This document shows, piece by piece, positions 59,268-59,873 of a stretch of 59,873 bases of DNA. Where the stretch lies: assembly GCA_016792665.1 (NCBI GenBank), contig JAEUKJ010000541.1:1-59873 (forward strand), in the 5' to 3' direction. The position numbers and the translations under genes were made by a program. Under the pieces are notes generated by a model, which ran no database searches, was not told where the DNA came from, and saw only the letters and a program-made list of their open reading frames with translations. The stretch's first letter is position 1. Each line of letters starts with the position of its first letter. The DNA comes from Deltaproteobacteria bacterium. Lineage in GTDB: Bacteria; Myxococcota_A; UBA9042; PHBI01.

Positions 59268-59399
59268 CCTGAGCTCCGCCCATCTCGGACGGGGCTCGCA
59301 CCTGAGCTCCGCCCATCTCGGACGGGGCCCGCACCTGAGCTCCGCCCATCTCGGACGGGGCCCGCACCTGAGCTCCGCCCATCTCGGACGGGGCCCGCA
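59268..59399 (+). repeat. 33-bp tandem repeat, 4 contiguous copies, intergenic
   Basis: cctgagctccgcccatctcggacggggcccgca occurs four times. Copy 1 has one substitution (ggggctcgca). The array ends 17 nt before the ATG at 59417 (catccAGGAGAcccgccATG). Confidence 0.95.
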
Positions 59400-59416
59400 C
59401 ATCCAGGAGACCCGCC

Positions 59417-59873
59417 ATGCTCAAGCACGTCCTGCCGCTCGCATCCTTGGCCCTGCTCGCCACCGCGCCCACCCACGCCCAAGATCTAGACCCCGCTGAT
59501 CGCGACAGCCTCGGCGACCTCGACACCGATGACGCGAGCCCAGCCACCACCTGGTTCTCCCTCGAATCCGGGGGCCGCTGCCTCGCCGTCGACGGCTCGC
59601 GCATCGAGACCGACGCCTGCAGCGATGCCAACCGCCAGCTCTGGTCGCAGCAGGGCGACCACCTCGTCAACGGCGACGGCCTCTGCCTGGCCAGCGTGAA
59701 GGGCCGCCGCGGCGCGGGTCGCATGCTGCGCGCCGAGTCCTGCGCCGACGTCGCATCGCAGCGCGTGACCCTGGACGAGACGGGCATCGTGCTCGGCCAT
59801 GACCTCGGTGTCGAGGTCGACCGCCGTGGCCGTGTGAGCGCGCAGCCCTGCGACGGTCGCGCCGCGCAGGCTT
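59417..59873 (+). CDS. Secreted ricin-B-type (beta-trefoil) lectin domain protein, N-terminal part (3' end outside window)
   Basis: Not in the ORF track because there is no stop codon in the window. My translation gives MLKHVLPLASLALLATAPTHAQD.. (signal peptide). It continues ..GRCLAVDG..CSDANRQLWSQQGDHLVNGDGLCLA.. with a QxW-type motif. An AGGAGA Shine-Dalgarno sequence lies upstream. Confidence 0.75.
   Translation, partial: MLKHVLPLASLALLATAPTHAQDLDPADRDSLGDLDTDDASPATTWFSLESGGRCLAVDGSRIETDACSDANRQLWSQQGDHLVNGDGLCLASVKGRRGAGRMLRAESCADVASQRVTLDETGIVLGHDLGVEVDRRGRVSAQPCDGRAAQA

Noticed and set aside
59268-59399. The 33-bp repeats as a CRISPR array, or as coding sequence (for example the 66-aa ORF 59202..59402 or the ELRPSRTGPAP frame).
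   Set aside because: The units are contiguous with no spacers. The candidate frames use rare AGA/AGG codons or are continuations of antisense shadow ORFs. A well-supported gene starts just downstream.

Overview
This is a 59.9-kb, very GC-rich segment (roughly 70% by eye). Third-codon-position GC bias is strong enough to separate real genes from the many long antisense shadow ORFs in the track. I call about 49 protein-coding genes and found no rRNA, tRNA, CRISPR array, integrase or phage genes.

The gene content points to a myxobacterial (Myxococcota) chromosome. That is an inference from four things: many lipobox proteins built from cysteine-rich CxDGNxCTxDxC repeats, Cys-containing C-terminal sorting tails that resemble MYXO-CTERM, three Ser/Thr kinases, and FG-GAP, VWA, Kazal, fasciclin, ricin and LamG type surface domains.

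Housekeeping content:
- DNA repair and RNA modification: lhr, a sirtuin, nei, nth, and a TrmH/SpoU methyltransferase.
- Detoxification and sulfur handling: gloB, an ETHE1-like dioxygenase, and a thioredoxin-rhodanese pair.
- Transport: a POT peptide transporter and a K+/H+ antiporter.

Most interesting candidates:
1. 37490-45320 (minus strand): a non-RD Ser/Thr-kinase-STAND NTPase sits upstream of a tightly packed operon. The operon encodes a signal-less trypsin-like protease with an unknown N-terminal domain, an AttH/CrtC-like protein and an oversized FAD amine-oxidase-like enzyme.
2. 6559-10621 (minus strand): a four-gene run of exported proteins, namely a Cys-phosphatase, a VWA protein, a Kazal-like inhibitor and a trypsin-like protease with a sorting tail.
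3. 49660-56220: an lhr-sirtuin-nei operon in which the sirtuin start lies inside the lhr tail.
4. 32136-33432: an IS200/RAYT-like HUH transposase gene flanked by repeat and palindrome elements.
5. 59268-59399: a perfect 4 x 33-bp tandem repeat directly upstream of a ricin-lectin gene.

All functional calls come from motif recognition by eye. No database search was run.
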